From contig JAJYPE010000001.1 of assembly GCA_021795585.1 (NCBI GenBank), forward strand, positions 1 to 50,807: a DNA stretch of 50,807 nucleotides, in the 5' to 3' direction. This document shows, piece after piece, positions 29,973 through 37,721 of the stretch. Numbering within the stretch: the first letter of the stretch is position 1; every line of letters begins with the position of its first letter. The stretch comes from Actinomycetes bacterium. Its GTDB lineage: Bacteria > Actinomycetota > Acidimicrobiia > Acidimicrobiales > Acidimicrobiaceae. The notes below the pieces were generated by a model. That model saw only the letters and a program-made list of their open reading frames with translations, ran no database searches and was not told the origin of the DNA. Both the position numbers and the translations under genes were made by a program.

Positions 29973-31565
29973 TCAGGCGAGCGGAACTAGTTGGGCGGAG
30001 CGGACGTAGCTGTGCTCATAGGCGATCATGCCCAGGTAGCAAAGCGCGACTCCGATCTCCGGTTGGATTAGGGCGCCCAGCCCGGCCAGCACTCCGAGGT
30101 TGCCAATCCAGAACCATCCCGACATTGCGCCCCGGGTCATCTCCCAGTGCGCAAGCTTGGCATTAGCGCTGGGGTGGCCGGTGAAGACCTCGGCCGACAC
30201 CAGCAGCGAGTGCAGCAGCACGAGTCCCACGAAGAGGGGAACGGCGGCGTTGGCGGCGTCCAGGATCAGGCTATGCCTGACAATCGCCGCGAAGCCTGCT
30301 CCGAGCATTGCCGCTTGCACAAGGAGCTGTGGCAGCAGAAGCGGACTCTGCCAGAGGTCACGACCCCTGGATTCCGAGAAGAGGAATGCCGTGTAGCCGG
30401 CAGTGGCCGCTCCGAGCAGGACCGAGGCCATCCCCACGATCTTCACGACGCTCTCGTTCCCCAGATATCCAAAGATCAGGGCCAGGGCCAGTACGGCGCC
30501 ATACGCGGTAAGAACGAAGCCACCCTTGACAAGCCAGCTTCGTGGCTGGGGCCTTATCAGGATCAGGATGAAGCGCTCCGGATGCTTGAGGTCCGCCACC
30601 AGGAGAATGCCGGTGACGACCAGAGCCAGCAACGAGATGGCAGGGGCCACGTATCGGACAAGGGTGCCGGAGAGTGGCTGGCCCGCGAGCAGAGCCATCA
30701 CCAGCACCACCGGGTAGACGCCGGCGGCTATGCCCTTTGTCCAGGTGTAAAGGCTCACCTTCCAGCCCCAGGGGACCGAGTGCGACATGTCGTAGGAGAC
30801 CAGGGCGTTGGTCGAAGAGTTGACGTGAGCGCCTTCCGGGGCGCCCGAATTGGTGATCTTGTGGCTTTGGAGCATCTCGGACCACATGAAGGTTGAACCT
30901 TTGGGCCTCCTGGCGGCCAACGGGTCGAGTGTCGCCTTATGCGCACCCTTGTAAAAGACGCCCGGTACGGTCGCCTTGTCCGGCTTGCGCACCGAGACGG
31001 CCTCGCGGTTGATCACACGCGCGACCTTCGAGGTCGGGTCATTCAAGTCGCCGACAAAAATCGCCTCGGTCGGGCAGACCACCACGCAGGCCGGTTCGAG
31101 ACCGACGTCAAGGCGATGGGCGCAGAAGTTGCACTTCTCGGCCGAGTGGTCCTCGGGGTTGATAAATATGGCGTCATAAGGGCAGGCCGCCATGCACGCC
31201 TTGCACCCCACGCAAATCTTCTTGTCGAAGTCCACTATCCCGTCCGGGCGCTGGTACATCGCCCCGGTCGGACAGGCCGCCACGCAAGGGGGGTTTTCGC
31301 ACTGATTGCATCTCGTGACCTGGAAGCTGCGTCGCACATTCGGGAAGGTGCCCACGTCAACGGATTTCACATAGGTGCGCGTGACCCCCAACGGCACCTC
31401 ATTCTCGCTCTTGCAGGCCGTTGTGCAGGCATGACAACCGATGCAGCGGCTTTGGTCCAGGACTTTCACCCAGCGTTCGCCTTCGTGGTGCCGAAGCGCG
31501 ACGGGTTGCCCCCCGCCTGGGCGGGTTGCCGCCGGCGTCCCAGGAAGCGCCTGCTGCTGGCTCAT
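29973..31565 (-). CDS. Fused 4x[4Fe-4S] ferredoxin subunit and NrfD/PsrC membrane anchor
   Basis: CIGCHAC...C, CNQCENPPCVAACP, CVGCKACMAACPY, KCNFC...PACVVVCP, then W.W....Y...KG, LVADLKHPERF, SWL..G and about 8 TM helices. Confidence 0.92.
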   Translation of the reverse strand: MSQQQALPGTPAATRPGGGQPVALRHHEGERWVKVLDQSRCIGCHACTTACKSENEVPLGVTRTYVKSVDVGTFPNVRRSFQVTRCNQCENPPCVAACPTGAMYQRPDGIVDFDKKICVGCKACMAACPYDAIFINPEDHSAEKCNFCAHRLDVGLEPACVVVCPTEAIFVGDLNDPTSKVARVINREAVSVRKPDKATVPGVFYKGAHKATLDPLAARRPKGSTFMWSEMLQSHKITNSGAPEGAHVNSSTNALVSYDMSHSVPWGWKVSLYTWTKGIAAGVYPVVLVMALLAGQPLSGTLVRYVAPAISLLALVVTGILLVADLKHPERFILILIRPQPRSWLVKGGFVLTAYGAVLALALIFGYLGNESVVKIVGMASVLLGAATAGYTAFLFSESRGRDLWQSPLLLPQLLVQAAMLGAGFAAIVRHSLILDAANAAVPLFVGLVLLHSLLVSAEVFTGHPSANAKLAHWEMTRGAMSGWFWIGNLGVLAGLGALIQPEIGVALCYLGMIAYEHSYVRSAQLVPLA

Positions 31566-31730
31566 ACAATCCCCCCATTAAAGAATGCTTTTCTATATGC
31601 TCTCTTTATTTGACCAGCACGTCCAATAATCAAATTGAATATTCGACATAACGCACCTAAAAATTATTGCGAATTTCACCACGAGCTGGGCAAGCGCACG
31701 AGGCGGCCCGGCTTGCTAAAGTCAGCCGGG

Positions 31731-34025
31731 ATGGGCTCGAGGGGCGGGCAACAGAGAGGCGGCCGACGCGAGCCGGACGCCGCAGCCGAATCCGGCGGAG
31801 CCGACCAGCGCTTCGCGGCTCTGCTGGAGGCGCTTGTCCTCGAAGCGGGCGGCGATCCGGAGATGGCGCACGTGCAGATCGGCGGCGCCTCCCCCGCCTG
31901 GGACCCGGACATCTCCCAGGAGCCTGCCGGCGCCGCTCTCTTATACGGGCCGCCTAACTCCGGCCAGGTCGAGGCGCTGGTAGATCGCGCCCTGGAGCTT
32001 CGTGCTCAAAGCGCGCGCCTCATGGTCGTAACCTCCGGACTGCCGGCAAGCCGCAACCTCGCCACCACCGTTGCCCTAGTGAATCCGGGCCTTGCCGTGG
32101 CCGAACTGGCCAGGCTTCGTTCGCGCAAGGCTGGGCCGGTGATGAGCGCGCGGTCAGACCTTGTGATCGCCACCCCCGAGACCCTGCACCGCGAGGTACT
32201 GCCGGACCGCTATCGTTTCGGGGCGCTGTTGGAGTCCTTGGCCGAAGTCTGGATATGGGACTTGACCTCGATGCGAGGCCTGCTCGGCTCGCACCTTCAC
32301 CACATTCTTGCCCGGCTCGAGCGTGCGCTCGAGGCGGACTTCGGCCATACCCTTACCCTGACCGCAACTGCCAGCGAACTCGGCAAACCGGAGCGCTTCT
32401 TCGAGATGCTCCTGCGCAGGAGCGCTCGCCGGGTGCGCCTGATGCGGCCGGAAGTCACCGGCGTGACGGTGGCGATGGTCGATCCGGCGAGAATGCCCGA
32501 ATCCAAGGCTCCGGCCACAATCGCCTCGGCGATGGCAGCGGCCGCAGCGGAACTCGGAGAGCGGGTACTCGTCCTGACGCAGTCGAGGCTGCAAGCCGAG
32601 CTGATCGCCGGCTATACGCTCGAGCGTGCGCCGGATGAGTTGGCGGGCCGAGTCATCTCCTATCGCGGCGGGTACCTCGAGGAGACCCGGACCGAGCTCG
32701 AAGAGCTGATCGCACGCCAGGATGCCGCGGTGGTGGTATCCACCTCCGCACTCCCGGAGAGCGTGGGCAACTTCGACGTGCTGGTCGAAGTGGGATTCCC
32801 AGGTGTGCTCAGCAGATTCCGGCGTGACCTGGCGCGCCTGAAAGGAAGCCGGGGCCTGGGCATATTCATCGCCGAGAGCGACCTGCTCGATTCCTGGATG
32901 ACAGCGCATGCCCAGGAGCTCGACAGGCGCCCCAACGAGGAGGCCGCCATCAATCCTTGGAATCAAGATGTGCTCCTCTATCAGATGACCTGCGCCTCCT
33001 CCGAGACCGCGGTCGACCCTCGCGCCTGGTCGGCAGGGGATGCCCAAGTGGCGGAAATCCTTGGGGCCGCCTTCGCCGACCTGGAGGAAAGGCGGCTGGT
33101 GGCAGCCACGGCCGCCGGATACGTGTTTACCGGCGCCACCCAGCCACAGCGCAATCGCAGCCTGCGCGGCAAGCAGCACCGCCGATACCTGCTGGTCACC
33201 GGAGGTGGCGAGGTCCTGGAAGAAATGGACGAGGAGAGGATAGCCACCAGCGCCTACCTCGGCGCCGTGTACAGGCATCGCGGTGGGCGTTACCTGGTGA
33301 CAGCAATCGACGAGCACACCGGGACGGTCGTGGTGGAGGAACTGAACGAGCCGGTGCACACCAAGGTGATCACTGAGTCGCACTACAGGTTCTACGAGGC
33401 CAGGAGACTGGGCGCGCCGCGCGCGGGAGTGCAGGCAGGAACCTCGAGGCTCGCCGTGCTCGAGATGCACGTCGGCCACGAGGTGGTGGGAGACGAGGGT
33501 GAGCTTCGCGGTGTCGTCGAGTCTCGCCTTCCCCCGCGCCGGCTGGACACCGACGCGCTCTTCATGGTCTTTGGAGGCGACTTGGAGGCGGCAGGGGATG
33601 CCGACAGGCTCCCGGGTGCTCTGCACGCGCTCGAGCACACCGCCATCGGCGTTCTCGGACTGGTGGCGATATGCGACCGCTGGGACGTCGGCGGAGTTTC
33701 CAGCGCGGCAGTGGAGGAGATGATGCCGGGTATGGGGATCGGTCTCAACGACCCGCGAGGCCTGGTGGCTATCTACGACGGGGCTCAAGGCGGAAGCGGC
33801 ATCGCCGACCTTGCCTACAGCCGCCTGACCGAGCTTGCCCGGGCCACCCTTTCGGTACTTGAGACCTGCCCGTGCGAGCGCGGCTGCCCTTCCTGCATCG
33901 TCAGCCCCAAGTGCGGCAACGACAACGAGCCGCTCTCCAAGGTTGGAGCCGTGGAATTGGCCAGGGCGCTGGTTACAAGCCTCGAAAAGCCGACCCCCAC
34001 CGCGCTAACTAGGATGGAAGCGTGA
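31731..34025 (+). CDS. MrfA/SftH-like DEAD/DEAH-DUF1998 helicase homologue with degenerate ATPase motifs
   Basis: TPETLH..VLP, RG..GSH, SYRGGYL, LHALEH, CDRWDVGG, IYDG..GGSG, CPCERGCPSCIVSPKCGN; start set at ATG 31731. Confidence 0.85.
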   Translation: MGSRGGQQRGGRREPDAAAESGGADQRFAALLEALVLEAGGDPEMAHVQIGGASPAWDPDISQEPAGAALLYGPPNSGQVEALVDRALELRAQSARLMVVTSGLPASRNLATTVALVNPGLAVAELARLRSRKAGPVMSARSDLVIATPETLHREVLPDRYRFGALLESLAEVWIWDLTSMRGLLGSHLHHILARLERALEADFGHTLTLTATASELGKPERFFEMLLRRSARRVRLMRPEVTGVTVAMVDPARMPESKAPATIASAMAAAAAELGERVLVLTQSRLQAELIAGYTLERAPDELAGRVISYRGGYLEETRTELEELIARQDAAVVVSTSALPESVGNFDVLVEVGFPGVLSRFRRDLARLKGSRGLGIFIAESDLLDSWMTAHAQELDRRPNEEAAINPWNQDVLLYQMTCASSETAVDPRAWSAGDAQVAEILGAAFADLEERRLVAATAAGYVFTGATQPQRNRSLRGKQHRRYLLVTGGGEVLEEMDEERIATSAYLGAVYRHRGGRYLVTAIDEHTGTVVVEELNEPVHTKVITESHYRFYEARRLGAPRAGVQAGTSRLAVLEMHVGHEVVGDEGELRGVVESRLPPRRLDTDALFMVFGGDLEAAGDADRLPGALHALEHTAIGVLGLVAICDRWDVGGVSSAAVEEMMPGMGIGLNDPRGLVAIYDGAQGGSGIADLAYSRLTELARATLSVLETCPCERGCPSCIVSPKCGNDNEPLSKVGAVELARALVTSLEKPTPTALTRMEA

Positions 34026-34849
34026 ACGCCGCCTTCTTCGACCTTGACAAGACGGTCATCGCGAAGGCATCGATGCTTGCCTTCGGTCGCACCTTCTACA
34101 AGGAGGGGCTGCTGTCGAAACGCAGCATCCTGCGCTCCGCCTATGCCCAACTCGTCTTCAAGTACACCGGTGCGAACGAAAGACAGCTGAACAAGCTGCG
34201 TGAAACGGTGCTCTCGCTGACCAAGGGCTGGGAGCGCTCGCTTGTCTCCGCCATCGTCGCCGAGACGATGACCGAGATCGTCGAGCCCCTTATCTTCAAG
34301 GAAGCCCTGGATCGCATTGCAGAGCACAAGGCCAAGGGCGACCTCGTCTACATCGTTTCCGCCTCACCCGAGGAGATAGTCGCGCCTCTCGGCGAGCGCC
34401 TCGGAGTCGACGGCGTGATCGCCACGGTCTCGAAGGTGGACGCCAGCGGACGCTACACGGGCGAGATGGAGTTTTACGCCTACGGCCCCTACAAGGCCGA
34501 GGCGATGGCTTCGGTAGCAGAGCGCTACGGCTTCTCACTTGAGGACGCCTTCGCCTACTCCGACTCCTTCACCGACCTGCCGATGCTGGAGGCGGTGGGG
34601 CATCCGATCGTGGTCAACCCCGACCGCGTCCTGGCGAAGATCGCCAAGGAGCGCAACTGGCCGGTCGAGACCTTCGCCAACCCGGTTCGCGTACGCGAGG
34701 GGGAGATCCGCCCCTCCGCACCTATTGGCCTGATCGCGCTGAGCGCAGGAATCGTATCCATCTCCGCGGCGAGCGTCTACCTGCTCGTCAGAGTGCGCCG
34801 CCTTTCGGAGCAGCTGCGCGCCGCGCTGATGCTGCCGATACAGGACTAG
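34022..34849 (+). CDS. HAD-IB hydrolase (Rv3661-like) with C-terminal TM helix
   Basis: AAFFDLDKTVIAK, IVSAS, AYSDSFTDLPMLEAVGHP..VNPDR. Confidence 0.92.
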   Translation: MNAAFFDLDKTVIAKASMLAFGRTFYKEGLLSKRSILRSAYAQLVFKYTGANERQLNKLRETVLSLTKGWERSLVSAIVAETMTEIVEPLIFKEALDRIAEHKAKGDLVYIVSASPEEIVAPLGERLGVDGVIATVSKVDASGRYTGEMEFYAYGPYKAEAMASVAERYGFSLEDAFAYSDSFTDLPMLEAVGHPIVVNPDRVLAKIAKERNWPVETFANPVRVREGEIRPSAPIGLIALSAGIVSISAASVYLLVRVRRLSEQLRAALMLPIQD

Positions 34850-34933
34850 GAGCAAGAACTCCGTTAAACGCCGAAGGCGCCCCCCTGCGGAAAAACCGCC
34901 GAGAAACGCCCTTTGGAACGGCTGGTTCCGGGA

Positions 34934-35011
34934 TCAGGCGGACGCCTTTAGCTTCTTGGCAGCCAAGGCACCTAGCGCTACCAGAACCAAGAGAAAGAAG
35001 ACCTTCTTCAT
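34934..35011 (-). CDS. Unannotated 25-aa membrane peptide MKKVFFLLVLVALGALAAKKLKASA
   Basis: Read by hand (below the ORF-track cutoff): SD GAGG, ATG 35011, TGA 34936-34934; basic-hydrophobic-basic pattern. Confidence 0.65.
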   Translation of the reverse strand: MKKVFFLLVLVALGALAAKKLKASA

Positions 35012-35028
35012 TGCAACCTCACTGTACT

Positions 35029-35056
35029 GAAGAGAAAGGCTGCCCGGTAGGCAGCC
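35029..35056 (-). terminator. Intrinsic terminator-like hairpin upstream of the 25-aa ORF
   Basis: Minus strand GGCTGCC-TACCG-GGCAGCC-TTTCTCTTC. Confidence 0.6.
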
Positions 35057-35251
35057 GATTGACCGGTGCGTCCAGGCAGATAAGAGCCTAGGGGATGCCT
35101 TCGCCTTTGGCGCATGGAGAAGACGTTGTTCCCATTATCGCAGCTCACAGGCCCTGCATTGTAGGGCAATTCCCGGCAAAAGGCGCGCGGCAACTAACGA
35201 CTCGGATAGCTTCTATGCCGAAGCCAACTTAGAGCTGCAAAGGAAGGCACA

Positions 35252-36076
35252 GTGGCCAGCACCCCTTTTGCCACCCGGTTCGACCAGGATACCTCCGTCT
35301 CCCAAGCGGGAGATGACGTCTTCACGGGCGTCATCGTCCCCGGCTGGTCCACCGGCCGCGGCCCCAACGGCGGCTACATAGCTGCGTGCATCCTGCGAGG
35401 GCTGACCGAGCGCATCGCGGATCCTCTCAGGCGCGTCCGCTCGTTGACGGTCCACTACCTGGCTCCACCGTCCACAGCGCCTTTCCGCATCGTCACAACC
35501 GTGGAAAAAACCGGCCGATCGGCCACTTTCATTAGTGGGCAAATGATCCAGGAGGACCGGCTCGTGGCCAAAGCGATGGCCGCGTTCATCACCCCGCAAC
35601 CCGGACCCGACTTCCAGGATGTCGAGCCCCCGAAAGTTGCAGCGCCGGAGGAGTGCCCGCCCCTGGGCACGGCCGTGGAGCATTTGGTCGACATGCGGAG
35701 CCAGTTCAAGGCGAGATTCGCAACTGGATACCCGCCCTTCTCGGAGAGCCCGACGGCGGAGACCGGAGGGTGGATCAGGCTGACGGAGAATAGACCCACC
35801 GACTCCCTGGCGATCGTGGCCTACACGGACGGCTGGCTGCCCGCGGTCTACTCCAAGCTTCCCGGGAAGTATGCGGCACCCACCGTAGACCTGAGCGTGC
35901 ACTTCCGGGCCACCGACGACCCGCTTCCCGTTGCCGATGACGCCTACTGCCTGGTCCGTTTCCGGACCCGGATGGCGAGCGGCGGCTTCATCGAGGAGGA
36001 TGGCGAAGTCTTCACGGCGGATGGGAGGCTGGTGGCGCAATCCCGTCAGCTGGCAATCCTGGCGCCCCTGGGTTAG
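35252..36076 (+). CDS. Acyl-CoA thioesterase-like protein (double hotdog fold)
   Basis: W..GRGPNGGY, SLTVHYL, PTVDLSVHF, GFIEEDGEV...DGRLVAQSRQLA. Confidence 0.88.
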   Translation: MASTPFATRFDQDTSVSQAGDDVFTGVIVPGWSTGRGPNGGYIAACILRGLTERIADPLRRVRSLTVHYLAPPSTAPFRIVTTVEKTGRSATFISGQMIQEDRLVAKAMAAFITPQPGPDFQDVEPPKVAAPEECPPLGTAVEHLVDMRSQFKARFATGYPPFSESPTAETGGWIRLTENRPTDSLAIVAYTDGWLPAVYSKLPGKYAAPTVDLSVHFRATDDPLPVADDAYCLVRFRTRMASGGFIEEDGEVFTADGRLVAQSRQLAILAPLG

Positions 36077-36080
36077 CCGC

Positions 36081-37019
36081 CTAGAGGGCCAGCAGGTCGC
36101 GCGCGCCCGTGTCGGAAGATGGATGGCGCAACTTGGACATGGCGCGGGCCTCGATCTGGCGGATTCGCTCACGTGTCAGGTTGAAGTGCTCTCCAACCTC
36201 TTCGAGGGTGCGGGGCTCGCCACGGTCAAGACCGAAGCGGAGCTTCAGGATCTCGCGCTCGCGGTCGTCGAGAGGAGCGAGCAGGCGTGCGATCTCCACC
36301 GGCAACAGCGAGGTGGCCGCCATCTCGAAGGGCGACTCCGCCGCTCTGTCCTCGACCACGTCGCCGAGTTCGGCATCTCCGTCCTCCCGAAGGGGCTCGG
36401 AGAGGGAAAGCGGCTCGGAGCGGAACTTGAGGGCCTCGAGAAGCTTGGACTCCTCAATCTCCACCTCTTGGGCAAGCTGAGCCAAGGACGGAGGGCGGCC
36501 GAGTGTTATCTCAAGGCGCGCCTGAGCCTTCTGGACCCGGGACAAGGTGTCCCCCGCATGCACCGGAAGCCGTATTGTGCGCCCGGTATTGGCTATGCCG
36601 CGCGTAATGGCCTGACGAATCCACCAGGTCGCATACGTCGAGAACTTGAACCCCTTGCGCCAGTCGAACTTCTCGACGGCGTGCATGAGTCCGAGGTTGC
36701 CCTCCTGGATCAGGTCCAGGAGCGGGAGCCCGGATGCCTGGTACTTCTTGGCGATCGAGACAACAAGCCGGAGGTTGGACTGGACGAAGTAGCGCTGCGC
36801 AGTCTTGCCTTGGCGGACATCGCGCAGCAGCTCTTGGCGCCGCTGGGGCGATATCTCCTTGGTCTTGGAGGAGAGTTCCTTCTGCCCCCGGGCACCGCGT
36901 TCGATATCCTTGGCCAGCTTCACCTCGTCGTCTTTGGTAAGGAGTGGATATTGGCCGATATCGGACAGGTACATCCTGACCAAGTCCTCTTCGTCCTTGT
37001 CAATCCGGTCCTTGGCCAC
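36081..37019 (-). CDS. Group 2 sigma-70 factor (SigB/HrdD-like, no region 1.1)
   Basis: DLVRMYL.DIG.YPLL, NLRLVVSIAKKY, DLIQEGNLGL..AVEKFD..KGFKFSTYATWWIRQAITR, TRERIRQIE; start GTG 37019 after GAGAGG. Confidence 0.9.
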   Translation of the reverse strand: MAKDRIDKDEEDLVRMYLSDIGQYPLLTKDDEVKLAKDIERGARGQKELSSKTKEISPQRRQELLRDVRQGKTAQRYFVQSNLRLVVSIAKKYQASGLPLLDLIQEGNLGLMHAVEKFDWRKGFKFSTYATWWIRQAITRGIANTGRTIRLPVHAGDTLSRVQKAQARLEITLGRPPSLAQLAQEVEIEESKLLEALKFRSEPLSLSEPLREDGDAELGDVVEDRAAESPFEMAATSLLPVEIARLLAPLDDREREILKLRFGLDRGEPRTLEEVGEHFNLTRERIRQIEARAMSKLRHPSSDTGARDLLAL

Positions 37020-37189
37020 GGGCAAAACCTCTCTTGACACCTGCGGCCATCAGGGTTGGCCGCATCGGAGCTCATCCTTATCACCCGGACGATTCAATAA
37101 GCTGGCAATCGGCTGCCGGCCCTCGGCCCATTCGTGCCGACCGTTATTGCTAAGCGGCGCGCCGCGCTGCAACGGGTGGCAACTATGAC

Positions 37190-37216
37190 AACCTTAGGCA
37201 GTGCCGCGTCGATTCC
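37190..37216 (-). promoter_or_regulatory. Candidate SigR/SigH/SigE-type promoter for the sigB-like gene
   Basis: Minus strand GGAAT-CGACGCGGCACTGCCTAAG(19 nt)-GTT. Confidence 0.55.
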
Positions 37217-37247
37217 CTACTGCCCCTCCGCCGAGCGAACCCCCGTG

Positions 37248-37703
37248 TCAAATCTTAGTGAGGCGCTCGATGCACGCCCCACATTCCGCAACTACACCTG
37301 AGGCATCGCGCAGGAATGACAAGAGGTTGCCGTCACGGTGGAGCCGACCCCGGCATTCCACCATGGCTCTTATCTCCTCGAACGTGGCGATAACTTCGTC
37401 GAGCAAATACGCAGCCCGCGCCGCATAGGACAGCCCCGGCGGAAGCGGGGTCACATACGCGGCTTCGAACTCAATCGGGGGAACGGTGACGGGGAAGAGC
37501 TCCTCGGCCGCGAATGAGAGCTCGGCCAGCGAACGTGAACAAACGGACAGCGCGACCCTCGCCTCCGCCGCCGCAGGGAACGAGTGGTCAATCCTCTCGA
37601 GGCCGATGGCCGCGTCCAGGGCGGCGAGCAAGACACGTTTAAGCCGATCGGCGATCTGTGCCGTCTCGTCCAACGAAATGAAACCTGCAGCACCGCCCCC
37701 CAT
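37248..37703 (-). CDS. Hypothetical helical protein
   Basis: 151-aa ORF co-oriented 18 nt downstream of nadE; no motif recognised. Confidence 0.55.
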   Translation of the reverse strand: MGGGAAGFISLDETAQIADRLKRVLLAALDAAIGLERIDHSFPAAAEARVALSVCSRSLAELSFAAEELFPVTVPPIEFEAAYVTPLPPGLSYAARAAYLLDEVIATFEEIRAMVECRGRLHRDGNLLSFLRDASGVVAECGACIERLTKI

Positions 37704-37721
37704 CAGCGGCCACCGTCTGGA

